Origin: Eubacteriales bacterium
GTDB taxonomy: Bacteria; Bacillota; Clostridia; Oscillospirales; CAG-272
Reading direction: 5' to 3'
DNA length: 64,000 nt
NCBI GenBank assembly: GCA_045540755.1
Contig: JAZQHV010000082.1
Location: forward strand, 24,952 to 88,951
Positions 10,061 to 17,612 of the stretch are shown piece after piece (position 1 is the first letter of the stretch; every line of letters begins with the position of its first letter). Under the pieces are notes generated by a model. The model saw only the letters and a program-made list of their open reading frames with translations. It was not told the DNA's origin and ran no database searches. The position numbers were made by a program, and so were the translations under genes.

Positions 10061-10861
10061 ATGGAACTTTTGGATCTGCGTCCTCGTATTGGTACCTTTT
10101 ATCAGGTGGTGGAGGGCACGATCGATCGAGTATTCATCCCTGCGGTCGCTCCGCGCCCTACTTCCGGGCTTATTTTTATATTGGAAGGCTCAATGCGTTA
10201 CCGCTTTACGGATGAAAGTGAGTTGGTCGCCACGGAAGGGGACATTTTGTTTCTTGCGCGCGGATCATTCTATTCGATGGAGCTTGTTACCGGGCCGTAT
10301 CGGTTTGTCTTTGCAAATTTTGACTTTGTTGACGGTACGGAGAATTTGCACTCTTCTGTCTTTTCGATGCAGAATGCGCGCGTGATGGAGAGCCAATTCC
10401 GCCGCATGTTGGAAAAATGGCGCCTGCAAAAGCCGGGTGCCGAGGAGGATTGCCTTTCCATCCTCTATGCCGTGTATGCCGAGCTGTTGCGTCAGCGCAC
10501 GGCGGCGTATATTCCCGCGACCAAGCGCACACGTTTGGATGCGGCGCTGCAATATATCTCCGATAACTTCGCCAATGAGGGACTCAAGGTGGAGGACGCC
10601 GCAAAAGCGGCGGGTATGGGGGAATCACACTTCCGCCGCCTGTTCAAGAGTGCTTACGCCGTTTCTCCCATTAAGTACATCTGCCTTCTGCGTGTTAACC
10701 GTGCCAAGGAGTATATCCGGTACTCCGGCGATTCCTTTGCAGAGATCGCACAGAACTGCGGCTTTGCAAGCGTCTACTATTTCAGCCGCATCTTCAAAAA
10801 GGAAGCCGGCTGCACCCCCGGCGAATATCGCGCCAAACACAAGGAATTCCCCGAAATATAA
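10061..10861 (+). CDS. AraC-family transcriptional regulator
   Basis: 266 aa. C-terminal HTH pair (ESHFRRLFKSAYAVSPIKYICLLRVNRAKEYI...FASVYYFSRIFKKEAGCTPGEYR). Divergent from the GRE operon across a 200-bp spacer. Confidence 0.85.
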   Translation: MELLDLRPRIGTFYQVVEGTIDRVFIPAVAPRPTSGLIFILEGSMRYRFTDESELVATEGDILFLARGSFYSMELVTGPYRFVFANFDFVDGTENLHSSVFSMQNARVMESQFRRMLEKWRLQKPGAEEDCLSILYAVYAELLRQRTAAYIPATKRTRLDAALQYISDNFANEGLKVEDAAKAAGMGESHFRRLFKSAYAVSPIKYICLLRVNRAKEYIRYSGDSFAEIAQNCGFASVYYFSRIFKKEAGCTPGEYRAKHKEFPEI

Positions 10862-10896
10862 AAAGAAGTCGTCCAAGCGGACGACTTCTTTGCATT
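10861..10896. terminator. bidirectional intrinsic terminator
   Basis: Stem gaagtcgtcc / ggacgacttc (10865-10874 / 10879-10888) with a flanking A-run and T-rich tail. Sits between the convergent AraC and putP genes. Confidence 0.7.
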
Positions 10897-12459
10897 TTAC
10901 GCTTCTACGTTGCCGGTGCGGACGGCTTCGAAATCTGCCTCGACTTCTTTGGAGGGAGCCTTGGTCAGGAGCGAAACGACGACGATGCAGACCGCGGAGA
11001 AGATGAATGCGGGGAGCAGCTCATAGATGCCCCATGCACCGCCGAGCGGCTTGATGACAAGCTTCCAGAGGAAGACCATGCCTGCGCCGCTGACCATGCC
11101 GGCGATTGCGCCCGCTCTGGTCGTGCGCTTCCAGAAGAGGGAGAAGAGCATCAGCGGGCCGAAGGTCGCGCCGAAGCCTGCCCATGCAAAGGATACGATC
11201 TGGAAGATGACGCTGTTTTCATCCAGCGCGATCACGATTCCGATGAGCGCAAGCACGAGCAGTGTGATGCGGGATACCCACATGACCTGCTTGTCGGTCG
11301 CGTTCTTCTTGCAGATGCCCTGGAAAATGTTCTTCGAGAATGCGGATGCCGCGATCAGCAGATAGGAGTCGGACGAGCTGATGGTTGCGGCAAGGATACC
11401 TGCCATAACGAAGCCTGCGAGGATCGCGGGCAGGGAACTGGTCGAAAGGGTGATAAAGATGTTTTCAGCGGCGGAGGCGGTCAGGTGCGCTACGGGGAAG
11501 AGCTGACGGCCTACGAGACCGATGAATACTGCAACGGCAAGGGAAATAACGACCCAGATCATGGCAATGCGGCGGGAGCGCTTGAGCTCGTCCTCCTTGC
11601 GGATCGCCATAAAGCGGAGCAGGACCTGCGGCATACCGAAGTAGCCGAGACCCCAAGCCATCATGGAGCAGATGGAGAGGAGACCGTAGGGCGCGGGATC
11701 GCCGAATACGGGTGCGCCGTCAGCAACGACCTGTACGCCGTTTTCCACAGTCGGCGTTGCCAGACCGAAGAAGTCGAGGAAACCGGGGATCGCCTTTGCG
11801 TTTTCAATCACTGCGCCGAAGCCGCCTGCATTGACCGTGCTGATGATGACGATAACCGTCAGCGCGGTGATCATGACGATCGCCTGCATGAAGTCGGAAA
11901 TACTTTCAGCGAGGAAGCCGCCAAGGAGCGTGTAGATCAGTACGAATACCGCGCCGATCAGCATCATTGCCTTGTAATTCAGACCGAAGAGCGAGGAGAA
12001 CAGCTTGCCGCAGGTGACAAAGCAGCTTGCCGCATAGACGGTGAAGAAGACAAGGATAAATGCCGCCGCGATAAAGAGGATGACCTTTTTCTTCTCGCGG
12101 AATCGGTTGGAGAAGAACTCGGGCAGGGTGATCGCGTTGTTGGCACGCACGCTGTAGCGGCGCAGGCGCTTGGAGACGATCAGCCAGTTGAAATATGTAC
12201 CCACCGCGAGGCCGATGGCAGTCCATGCCGCATCGGCAAGGCCGCACCAGTAGGCAACGCCGGGCAGACCCATCAGCAGCCAGCCGCTCATATCCGAGGC
12301 TTCGGCACTCATCGCCGTGACCCAAGGACCGAGCGAGCGACCGCCGAGGTAATATTCCTCGGAGCTCTTGTTGGCTCTCTTGGCGTACAAGACACCGATC
12401 AGGATGACAGCGGCCATATAGATGACCATCGCTATCAGAATCTGTAACGTATCGTTCAT
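10897..12459 (-). CDS. putP: sodium/proline symporter (SSS family)
   Basis: 520 aa. Close motif-by-motif resemblance to PutP (YYLGGRSLGPWVTAMSAEASDMSGWLLMGLPG, WGLGYFGMPQVLLRFMAI, SYAWAGFGATFGP). Confidence 0.8.
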   Translation of the reverse strand: MNDTLQILIAMVIYMAAVILIGVLYAKRANKSSEEYYLGGRSLGPWVTAMSAEASDMSGWLLMGLPGVAYWCGLADAAWTAIGLAVGTYFNWLIVSKRLRRYSVRANNAITLPEFFSNRFREKKKVILFIAAAFILVFFTVYAASCFVTCGKLFSSLFGLNYKAMMLIGAVFVLIYTLLGGFLAESISDFMQAIVMITALTVIVIISTVNAGGFGAVIENAKAIPGFLDFFGLATPTVENGVQVVADGAPVFGDPAPYGLLSICSMMAWGLGYFGMPQVLLRFMAIRKEDELKRSRRIAMIWVVISLAVAVFIGLVGRQLFPVAHLTASAAENIFITLSTSSLPAILAGFVMAGILAATISSSDSYLLIAASAFSKNIFQGICKKNATDKQVMWVSRITLLVLALIGIVIALDENSVIFQIVSFAWAGFGATFGPLMLFSLFWKRTTRAGAIAGMVSGAGMVFLWKLVIKPLGGAWGIYELLPAFIFSAVCIVVVSLLTKAPSKEVEADFEAVRTGNVEA

Positions 12460-12524
12460 GTGTAACCCTCCTGCGGGAATGCTTTTTTACATTAGCGCGC
12501 TAAAGCGAAATGTATATTGCTATT

Positions 12525-12554
12525 ACTATAGCACACCCAAACGGTAAAAATCAA
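12525..12554 (-). promoter_or_regulatory. putative sigma-A promoter of putP
   Basis: On the minus strand: TTGATT, 18 nt, TGcTATAGT (extended -10). Confidence 0.45.
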
Positions 12555-12665
12555 CCCTTTTTGCATAATTCTTTGGATTTTCTTGCAAAAAAATGCAAAA
12601 AACATGCCTTTTTTAGCTTTGCATTCCGCAAAATGGATTTTTTGCCCATGTGCTTTTGCAGGGAA

Positions 12666-12694
12666 TTGCATTTTCCGTGTCTCTGTGGTATACT
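12666..12694 (+). promoter_or_regulatory. putative sigma-A promoter of the PPTase gene
   Basis: TTGCAT (12666-12671), 17 nt, TGgTATACT (-10 at 12689-12694). Confidence 0.5.
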
Positions 12695-12716
12695 GATACC
12701 AAAGGAGGTGACCGCT

Positions 12717-13355
12717 GTGACGGAGGTATATATTGCGCGTGTGGATGCACTGTGTGACGATGCGGTTTTCACCGCGCGGTATGCACAAGCACCGGCAGAG
12801 CGCAGAGCAAAGATCGATGCCTTGCGGCATGCGGCGGACAAGCGTCTCTCCCTTGGCGTATGGCTTTTGCTGGCGGCGGCGCTCCGTAAGCGCGGTATCA
12901 CCGTGCCGCACCTTGCTTATGACGAAAACGGCAAGCCATACCTCGCCGACTGCCCCTCATTGCACGTCAGCCTTTCCCATTCGGGCGAGGCGGTGATGTG
13001 CGCCGTCTCGGACGGTGAAGTCGGCTGTGACATCGAGCGCCTCGGCGATGCGGATATTTCTCTTGCGGCACGTTGGTTTCACCCCGCAGAGCAGGCAAGG
13101 CTTTTTTTCGCACCGACGGAGGAGCGTCGAGCTCTCTTTTACCGTATTTGGACGGCGAAAGAGAGCTTTGCCAAATGCACGGGGCGGGGGATCGCGCACG
13201 GAATGCGCGACTTTTTCTTGGAGCCTGCGGGCACCGTCCACTGCGGCGAAAAGCAGTATCATATAAAATATGTAGATTTTGATGGCTATGCTGCCTGTGT
13301 CTGCACGGAGGCACAAGAGGATATTGACGCGACTCGGGATATTGTGTTATACTAA
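12717..13355 (+). CDS. Sfp-type 4'-phosphopantetheinyl transferase
   Basis: GTG at 12717, 8 nt after AAAGGAGG. Motifs GKPYL, SLSHSGEAVMCAVS, VGCDIE, WTAKESFAKCTGRG. Confidence 0.75.
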   Translation: MTEVYIARVDALCDDAVFTARYAQAPAERRAKIDALRHAADKRLSLGVWLLLAAALRKRGITVPHLAYDENGKPYLADCPSLHVSLSHSGEAVMCAVSDGEVGCDIERLGDADISLAARWFHPAEQARLFFAPTEERRALFYRIWTAKESFAKCTGRGIAHGMRDFFLEPAGTVHCGEKQYHIKYVDFDGYAACVCTEAQEDIDATRDIVLY

Positions 13356-13382
13356 ATAAAACCAACTTTCAAGGAGAAGATC

Positions 13383-14852
13383 ATGTATCAGAAGGACATA
13401 CATAAGGTCTGGCTGGCGACAGGAGAAAAGCGTGTATATCTTGAGCCGTCGATGGCAAACCGTCACGGTCTCATCGCGGGCGCTACCGGCACAGGTAAGA
13501 CCGTAACGCTTAAGGTGCTTGCCGAATCCTTCAGTGACATGGGCGTGCCCGTGTTTGTTGCGGACATCAAGGGCGATCTGTCGGGTATGTGTACCGAGGG
13601 TAAGGAAAACAAGCACATCCGCCGCAGTATCGACACCATGGGGCTGACAGATTATACCTATTGCAAATATCCCGTGCAATTCTGGGACGTCTACGGTAAA
13701 AAGGGACTCCCCGTGCGTACGACCATTTCCGAGATGGGCCCTGAACTGCTTGCAAGACTGCTTGGTCTCAACGATACGCAGAGTGGCGTGCTCCGCATTG
13801 TGTTCCGTGTTGCGGATGAGCGCGGACTGCTCCTCATCGACCTCAAGGATCTGCGCGCCATGCTACAGTACGTCGGCGACAACGCAAGCGAGTTCAAGCT
13901 GACCTACGGCAACGTTTCCGCACAGTCGGTCGGTGCGATCCAGCGTGCACTCCTTACATTAGAGGATGCGGGCGGCGAGCAGTTCTTCGGCGAGCCCTCT
14001 CTTTCGCTTTCCGATTGGTTTGCGTGGGACGAAAACGGCAGAGGTTATATGAATATTCTCGAATGTGCCGAGCTGTTTCAGAATCCGCTTCTGTACGGCA
14101 CGTTCTTACTTTGGATGCTGTCGGAGATCTACGATATGCTCCCCGAGGCGGGCGACCTTGACAAGCCGAAGTTCGCCTTCTTCTTTGATGAGGCACATCT
14201 GCTCTTTGACGATGCGCCGAAGGCGCTTGTGGATAAGGTAGAGCAGGTCGCGCGTCTGATCCGCTCCAAGGGCGTCAGCGTTTGGTTCATCACGCAGAAT
14301 CCCACCGACATTCCCGACAGTGTGCTCGGACAGATCGGTAACCGTGTTCAGCATGCGCTTCGCGCTTACACGCCGCACGATCAGAAGGCACTGCGTGCCG
14401 CGGCAAATTCCTTCCGCGCAAACGAGGCGTTCGACACCGCCGAGGCGATCCAGTCGCTCGGCACGGGCGAGGCGCTCGTCTCCGTACTGGATGAAAAGGG
14501 CATTCCCACCGTTGTAGAACGCGCCAACATTCTCCCGCCGCGTAGCAGTATGTCCGCTATTGAGGAGGTGCTTTTGCAGGCGACCGTGCTTTCGAGCGCG
14601 TATCATGACAAGTACGCTAAGGAAGTGGACAACGAATCGGCATATGAGGTTTTGACCGAGGAGACTGCCGAAAAGGAGAAGGAAGCCACTGAGGCAATGG
14701 AAAAAGCCAAAAAGGAAAAAGAAAAGAAAAAGACCACGGGCAGAAAGAAGACGTCGACCATTGAAAGAATGGTCAACAGCACTGCCAACACCATTGGTCG
14801 CGAGATCGGCAAAAAAATCGTCCGCGGTATTTTCGATACCTTTTTCAAATGA
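13383..14852 (+). CDS. HerA-like/DUF853 (YjgR-type) P-loop ATPase
   Basis: 489 aa. Walker [13 protein letters not shown]. Walker B-like [12 protein letters not shown]. Lys/Glu-rich C-terminal tail. Confidence 0.8.
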   Translation: MYQKDIHKVWLATGEKRVYLEPSMANRHGLIAGATGTGKTVTLKVLAESFSDMGVPVFVADIKGDLSGMCTEGKENKHIRRSIDTMGLTDYTYCKYPVQFWDVYGKKGLPVRTTISEMGPELLARLLGLNDTQSGVLRIVFRVADERGLLLIDLKDLRAMLQYVGDNASEFKLTYGNVSAQSVGAIQRALLTLEDAGGEQFFGEPSLSLSDWFAWDENGRGYMNILECAELFQNPLLYGTFLLWMLSEIYDMLPEAGDLDKPKFAFFFDEAHLLFDDAPKALVDKVEQVARLIRSKGVSVWFITQNPTDIPDSVLGQIGNRVQHALRAYTPHDQKALRAAANSFRANEAFDTAEAIQSLGTGEALVSVLDEKGIPTVVERANILPPRSSMSAIEEVLLQATVLSSAYHDKYAKEVDNESAYEVLTEETAEKEKEATEAMEKAKKEKEKKKTTGRKKTSTIERMVNSTANTIGREIGKKIVRGIFDTFFK

Positions 14853-14854
14853 GC

Positions 14855-14886
14855 AAAAATAGCACCCCGACGGGGTGCTATTTTGC
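14855..14886. terminator. bidirectional intrinsic terminator
   Basis: Stem tagcacccc / ggggtgcta (14860-14880) flanked by an A-run and a T-run. Confidence 0.7.
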
Positions 14887-14893
14887 TGTGCTT

Positions 14894-15571
14894 TCAGATA
14901 TCTTCGCGAAAAATTTTCATTTCGTTTTTCTTTACAGCCTCTATAAAATCCTGTTCGCTGAAAATGGGGTTTTCACAGCACATTCCTGCAAGACGTGTCA
15001 TTTTGCCGCCTGCGTGATTGTCTGATCCTGCGAACGCAATCAAATTGTAGAACTCGGCGTAAATTTGCGCCATTTTGTTTTCTTCGTCTGTTCTGCTTGC
15101 GTTTATCACTTCCACACCGTGCACGCATCTCGGAAACAGTCTGATATGGTCAATGTATGCGCATTCTCTGCAAGGGTGTGCCTGTATCACAAGAGCGCCG
15201 TTATCGATAAGATATTTTAATTCCTCGCTTTTTTTCATCTCCTGAATTTGCGGATGTGCAAGGTACCACTCTTTATCTAAGCCGTAAATCAGAAAATCCG
15301 TGCCCTTGTAGGACATTTCAGCACCGCAAAATACTTTGATGCCAATTTCCGCCCCGATTTTTACACCGTCTTCAAAATCCGAAAAAAAGAAATGAATCTT
15401 CTCGGGATAAGGCATATCCTTATCCGCGTTTATATTGCCGTCAAGGAAATGATTCGTTATAAAAACACCGTCATATCCCAAGCTCTTATAAAACTCCAGG
15501 GATTCTCTGACATTTGCTTTTGCACATCGGCTTACCGGATATGTGTGCAGGTGTGTTTCGTATTTATACAT
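14894..15571 (-). CDS. PHP-domain metal-dependent phosphoesterase
   Basis: 225 aa. N-terminal YETHLHTYPVSRCA and later HP/DNH motifs typical of the PHP family. Visibly lower GC than its neighbours. Confidence 0.75.
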   Translation of the reverse strand: MYKYETHLHTYPVSRCAKANVRESLEFYKSLGYDGVFITNHFLDGNINADKDMPYPEKIHFFFSDFEDGVKIGAEIGIKVFCGAEMSYKGTDFLIYGLDKEWYLAHPQIQEMKKSEELKYLIDNGALVIQAHPCRECAYIDHIRLFPRCVHGVEVINASRTDEENKMAQIYAEFYNLIAFAGSDNHAGGKMTRLAGMCCENPIFSEQDFIEAVKKNEMKIFREDI

Positions 15572-15780
15572 GTAATCCTTTCTCCTGTAACATTTTAGCG
15601 CAAGATGAAAAGGAATTGGCGGTTTTACCGTCGTTCCTTTCGGTTGTCGGTTGCGTCTCTGCTTTTATAGAAGATTATATACAGGCATCAACTGGAATGT
15701 CAAGTCCATAAATAAATAAAGCTTTTAAGCATATGCAGTCCGATTTAGACTGTCTGTTTTTTTGTAGGCCTTCTAAGCAA

Positions 15781-15820
15781 AGCAAAAGAAGCGTAACTTT
15801 GTATCAAAATTACGCTTCTT
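15781..15820 (-). terminator. stem-loop with short U-tract after tRNA-like unit 1
   Basis: 10-bp stem (15787-15796 / 15810-15819) with a 13-nt loop, followed on the minus strand by TTTTGC. Confidence 0.45.
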
Positions 15821-15823
15821 TTC

Positions 15824-15924
15824 TGGCGCAGGGAGTGGGATTCGAGACCCACAAAGCGTCGCAAGCGACGCTTGATCCCTCGCTGTCGCGATGGAGGTGT
15901 GTTCAAATCAACCACCCCCACGCC
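15824..15924 (-). other. tRNA-Ser 3'-end-bearing unit 1 (no cloverleaf)
   Basis: Ends (minus strand) in GTGGGTCTCGAATCCCACTCCCTGCGCCA, matching the tRNA-Ser T-arm, acceptor 3' strand and CCA. There is no GCAGGGA 5' partner. Instead, 5' GGCGUGGGGG can pair with UCCCUGCGCC using 3 G-U pairs that are valid only on the minus strand. Confidence 0.5.
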
Positions 15925-15926
15925 GA

Positions 15927-15956
15927 GAAAAAGAAAAAGGCACCCCAACGGGCGCC
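15927..15956 (-). terminator. intrinsic terminator after unit 2
   Basis: Minus strand reads GGCGCCC-GUUG-GGGUGCC followed by UUUUUCUUUUU. Confidence 0.65.
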
Positions 15957-15966
15957 ATTTTCCTTT

Positions 15967-16063
15967 TGGCGCAGGGAGTGGGATTCGCCCGCCTGCGGGC
16001 GGAGCGGTGGTCGGCTCTGACTGCCACCGGCAGTCATTCACTACCGACCCTTCGAATCCCACC
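15967..16063 (-). other. tRNA-Ser 3'-end-bearing unit 2 (no cloverleaf)
   Basis: Ends in GCGGGCGAATCCCACTCCCTGCGCCA. A 10-bp perfect inverted repeat gtgggattcg (15978-15987) / cgaatcccac (16053-16062) encloses two internal hairpins. Confidence 0.5.
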
Positions 16064-16073
16064 TTTTACTATC

Positions 16074-16105
16074 AAACAAAAAACAGATGGGCTACAGCCC
16101 ATCTG
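16074..16105 (-). terminator. intrinsic terminator of tRNA-Ser
   Basis: 9-bp stem (16084-16092 / 16097-16105) followed on the minus strand by TTTTTTGTTT. Confidence 0.75.
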
Positions 16106-16113
16106 CTTTTCGT

Positions 16114-16200
16114 TGGCGCAGGGAGTGGGATTCGAACCCACGCGGGTTGCCCCAAACGGTTTTCAAGACCGCCGCGTTATGACCACTTCGCTATCCCTGC
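16114..16200 (-). tRNA. tRNA-Ser (anticodon UGA), CCA encoded
   Basis: Manual cloverleaf. Acceptor GCAGGGA/UCCCUGC. 3-bp D stem GCG..CGC. Anticodon arm GCGGU-CUUGAAA-ACCGU. Long variable arm. T arm GUGGG-UUCGAAU-CCCAC. Discriminator G plus CCA. 87 nt. Confidence 0.9.
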
Positions 16201-16217
16201 ATATTTGCAACATGGAT

Positions 16218-16245
16218 ATTGTACCACAAATTGCAGAAAAGTCAA
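16218..16245 (-). promoter_or_regulatory. putative sigma-A promoter of tRNA-Ser
   Basis: Minus strand reads TTGACT, 16 nt, TGgTACAAT, ending about 17 nt before the tRNA 5' end. Confidence 0.55.
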
Positions 16246-16277
16246 GAGCGAAAAAACTTTTACCGTGCAGAAAAACA

Positions 16278-16306
16278 TTGACACGGGTGCAGTTTTTTTG
16301 TACAAT
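16278..16306 (+). promoter_or_regulatory. putative sigma-A promoter of the SPFH operon
   Basis: TTGACA (16278-16283), 17 nt, TACAAT (16301-16306). Confidence 0.6.
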
Positions 16307-16343
16307 AAAATTAGAAAAAATCTTGCAAAGAGAGGTAATACAT

Positions 16344-17609
16344 ATGGGACTTATTAAGGCGGCAATCGGCGCTATCGGCGGCGCACTCGGCGATCAGTGG
16401 CTGGAAGCGATCGAAGCGGACAACATGAGCGACTCCACCGTGTTTACGCGCGGCAGACTCGTGAACAGCTCCGACCGTTCCTCCAACAAAAAGGGCACCG
16501 AAAACGTCATCAGCGACGGCTCTGTGATCCACGTGTACCCCGGTCAGTTCATGATGCTGGTCGAGGGCGGCAAGATCATCGACTACACTGCGGAGGAGGG
16601 CTACTACAAGGTAGACAACAAGTGCGCCCCCTCGCTCTTCAACGGTCAGTTCGGTGCGGCGCTCAAGGACGTTTGGGAGCGCTTTAAGTTCGGCGGCACG
16701 CCCTCCTATGCGCAGAAGGCGTACTTCATCAATCTGCAGGAGATCAAGGGAATCAAATTCGGCACGCCCACCGCGCTCAACTATTTTGACAACTTCTACA
16801 ATGCCGAGCTGTTCTTGCGCGCACACGGCACGTATTCCATCAAGGTAACCAATCCGATCCTGTTCTATACCGAGGCAATCCCGAAGAACGAGGATCATGT
16901 TGACATCACCGATATCAACGAGCAGTATCTTTCCGAGTTCCTCTCCGCATTGCAGGCGGCGATCAACAAGATGTCGGTAGACAACATTCGCATCTCGCAC
17001 GTTGCCTCGAAGTCGGTCGAGCTGTCGAAGTACATGGCAGATGAACTGGACGCTGACTGGAAGCAGATGCGCGGCTTTGAGGTGCAGGCGGTCGGTATTG
17101 CAAGCATCTCCTACGACGAGGAGTCGAAGAAGCTTATTGAAATGCGCAATCAGGGCGCAATGCTTTCCGATCCCACCGTGCGCGAAGGCTACGTGCAAGG
17201 CTCGATCGCACGCGGCTTTGAGGCTGCCGGATCCAATACGGGCGGCAGCGCGCAGGCGTTTATGGGCATGGGAATGGGCATGGGTGCCGCAGGCAACTTT
17301 ATGGGCTCCATGAGCGAGACCAACCGCGCCCAGATGCAGCAGCAGGCTGCGCAGGCGCAGGCGGCTCCCGCAGCCAACACCTGGAAGTGCGTATGCGGCC
17401 GCGAATGCACGGGCAACTTCTGCCCGCAGTGCGGCGCAAAGAAGCCCGCAGCGTCCGCTGCATGGACATGCGCGTGCGGAAGCGAGTGCACGGGTAATTT
17501 CTGCCCGCAGTGCGGTGCAAAAAAGCCGCAGGGCTGGGTATGCCCCGATTGCGGCACCAAGAATGAGGGAAAGTTCTGCCAGAACTGCGGACGGAAAAAC
17601 GAGGCGTAA
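16344..17609 (+). CDS. SPFH/YdjI-like protein with three C-terminal zinc ribbons
   Basis: Start trimmed to the ATG at 16344, because the track ORF begins inside the tRNA region. N-terminus MGLIKAAIGAIGGALGDQWLE. C-terminus has 3x CxCG..FCPQCG / CPDCG..FCQNCG. Confidence 0.8.
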   Translation: MGLIKAAIGAIGGALGDQWLEAIEADNMSDSTVFTRGRLVNSSDRSSNKKGTENVISDGSVIHVYPGQFMMLVEGGKIIDYTAEEGYYKVDNKCAPSLFNGQFGAALKDVWERFKFGGTPSYAQKAYFINLQEIKGIKFGTPTALNYFDNFYNAELFLRAHGTYSIKVTNPILFYTEAIPKNEDHVDITDINEQYLSEFLSALQAAINKMSVDNIRISHVASKSVELSKYMADELDADWKQMRGFEVQAVGIASISYDEESKKLIEMRNQGAMLSDPTVREGYVQGSIARGFEAAGSNTGGSAQAFMGMGMGMGAAGNFMGSMSETNRAQMQQQAAQAQAAPAANTWKCVCGRECTGNFCPQCGAKKPAASAAWTCACGSECTGNFCPQCGAKKPQGWVCPDCGTKNEGKFCQNCGRKNEA

Positions 17610-17612
17610 GCC

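Noticed and set aside
12561-12671. Cluster of seven TTGC(A) motifs and small palindromes (TTGCA-N6-TGCAA, TTTGC-N5-GCAAA) in the putP/PPTase spacer.
   Set aside because: The spacing is irregular (22, 36, 23, 14 and 10 bp). One copy is simply the -35 of the PPTase promoter. There is not enough evidence to call an operator.
15824-16200. Possibility that the whole 377-nt block is a tmRNA, or that a unit is tRNA-Sec or an intron-containing tRNA.
   Set aside because: There is no G3-U70 alanine-type acceptor, no tag reading frame and no tmRNA 5' GGGG start. The complete tRNA has anticodon UGA (Ser), not UCA. The repeated 3' ends each have their own terminator, which does not fit a single RNA.
15891-16343. 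5' extension of the track ORF 15891..17609 through the tRNA region. Similar N-terminal extensions occur in 21219..22220, 21989..22795, 27806..29131, 35249..35689, 41863..45006, 44868..46556, 46444..47376, 47339..48034, 54491..55066 and 61272..62084.
   Set aside because: The extensions lack an RBS, read through tRNA, terminator or neighbouring-gene sequence, and are Arg-rich. Internal ATG or GTG codons with GGAGG-type RBSs match the expected protein N-termini.
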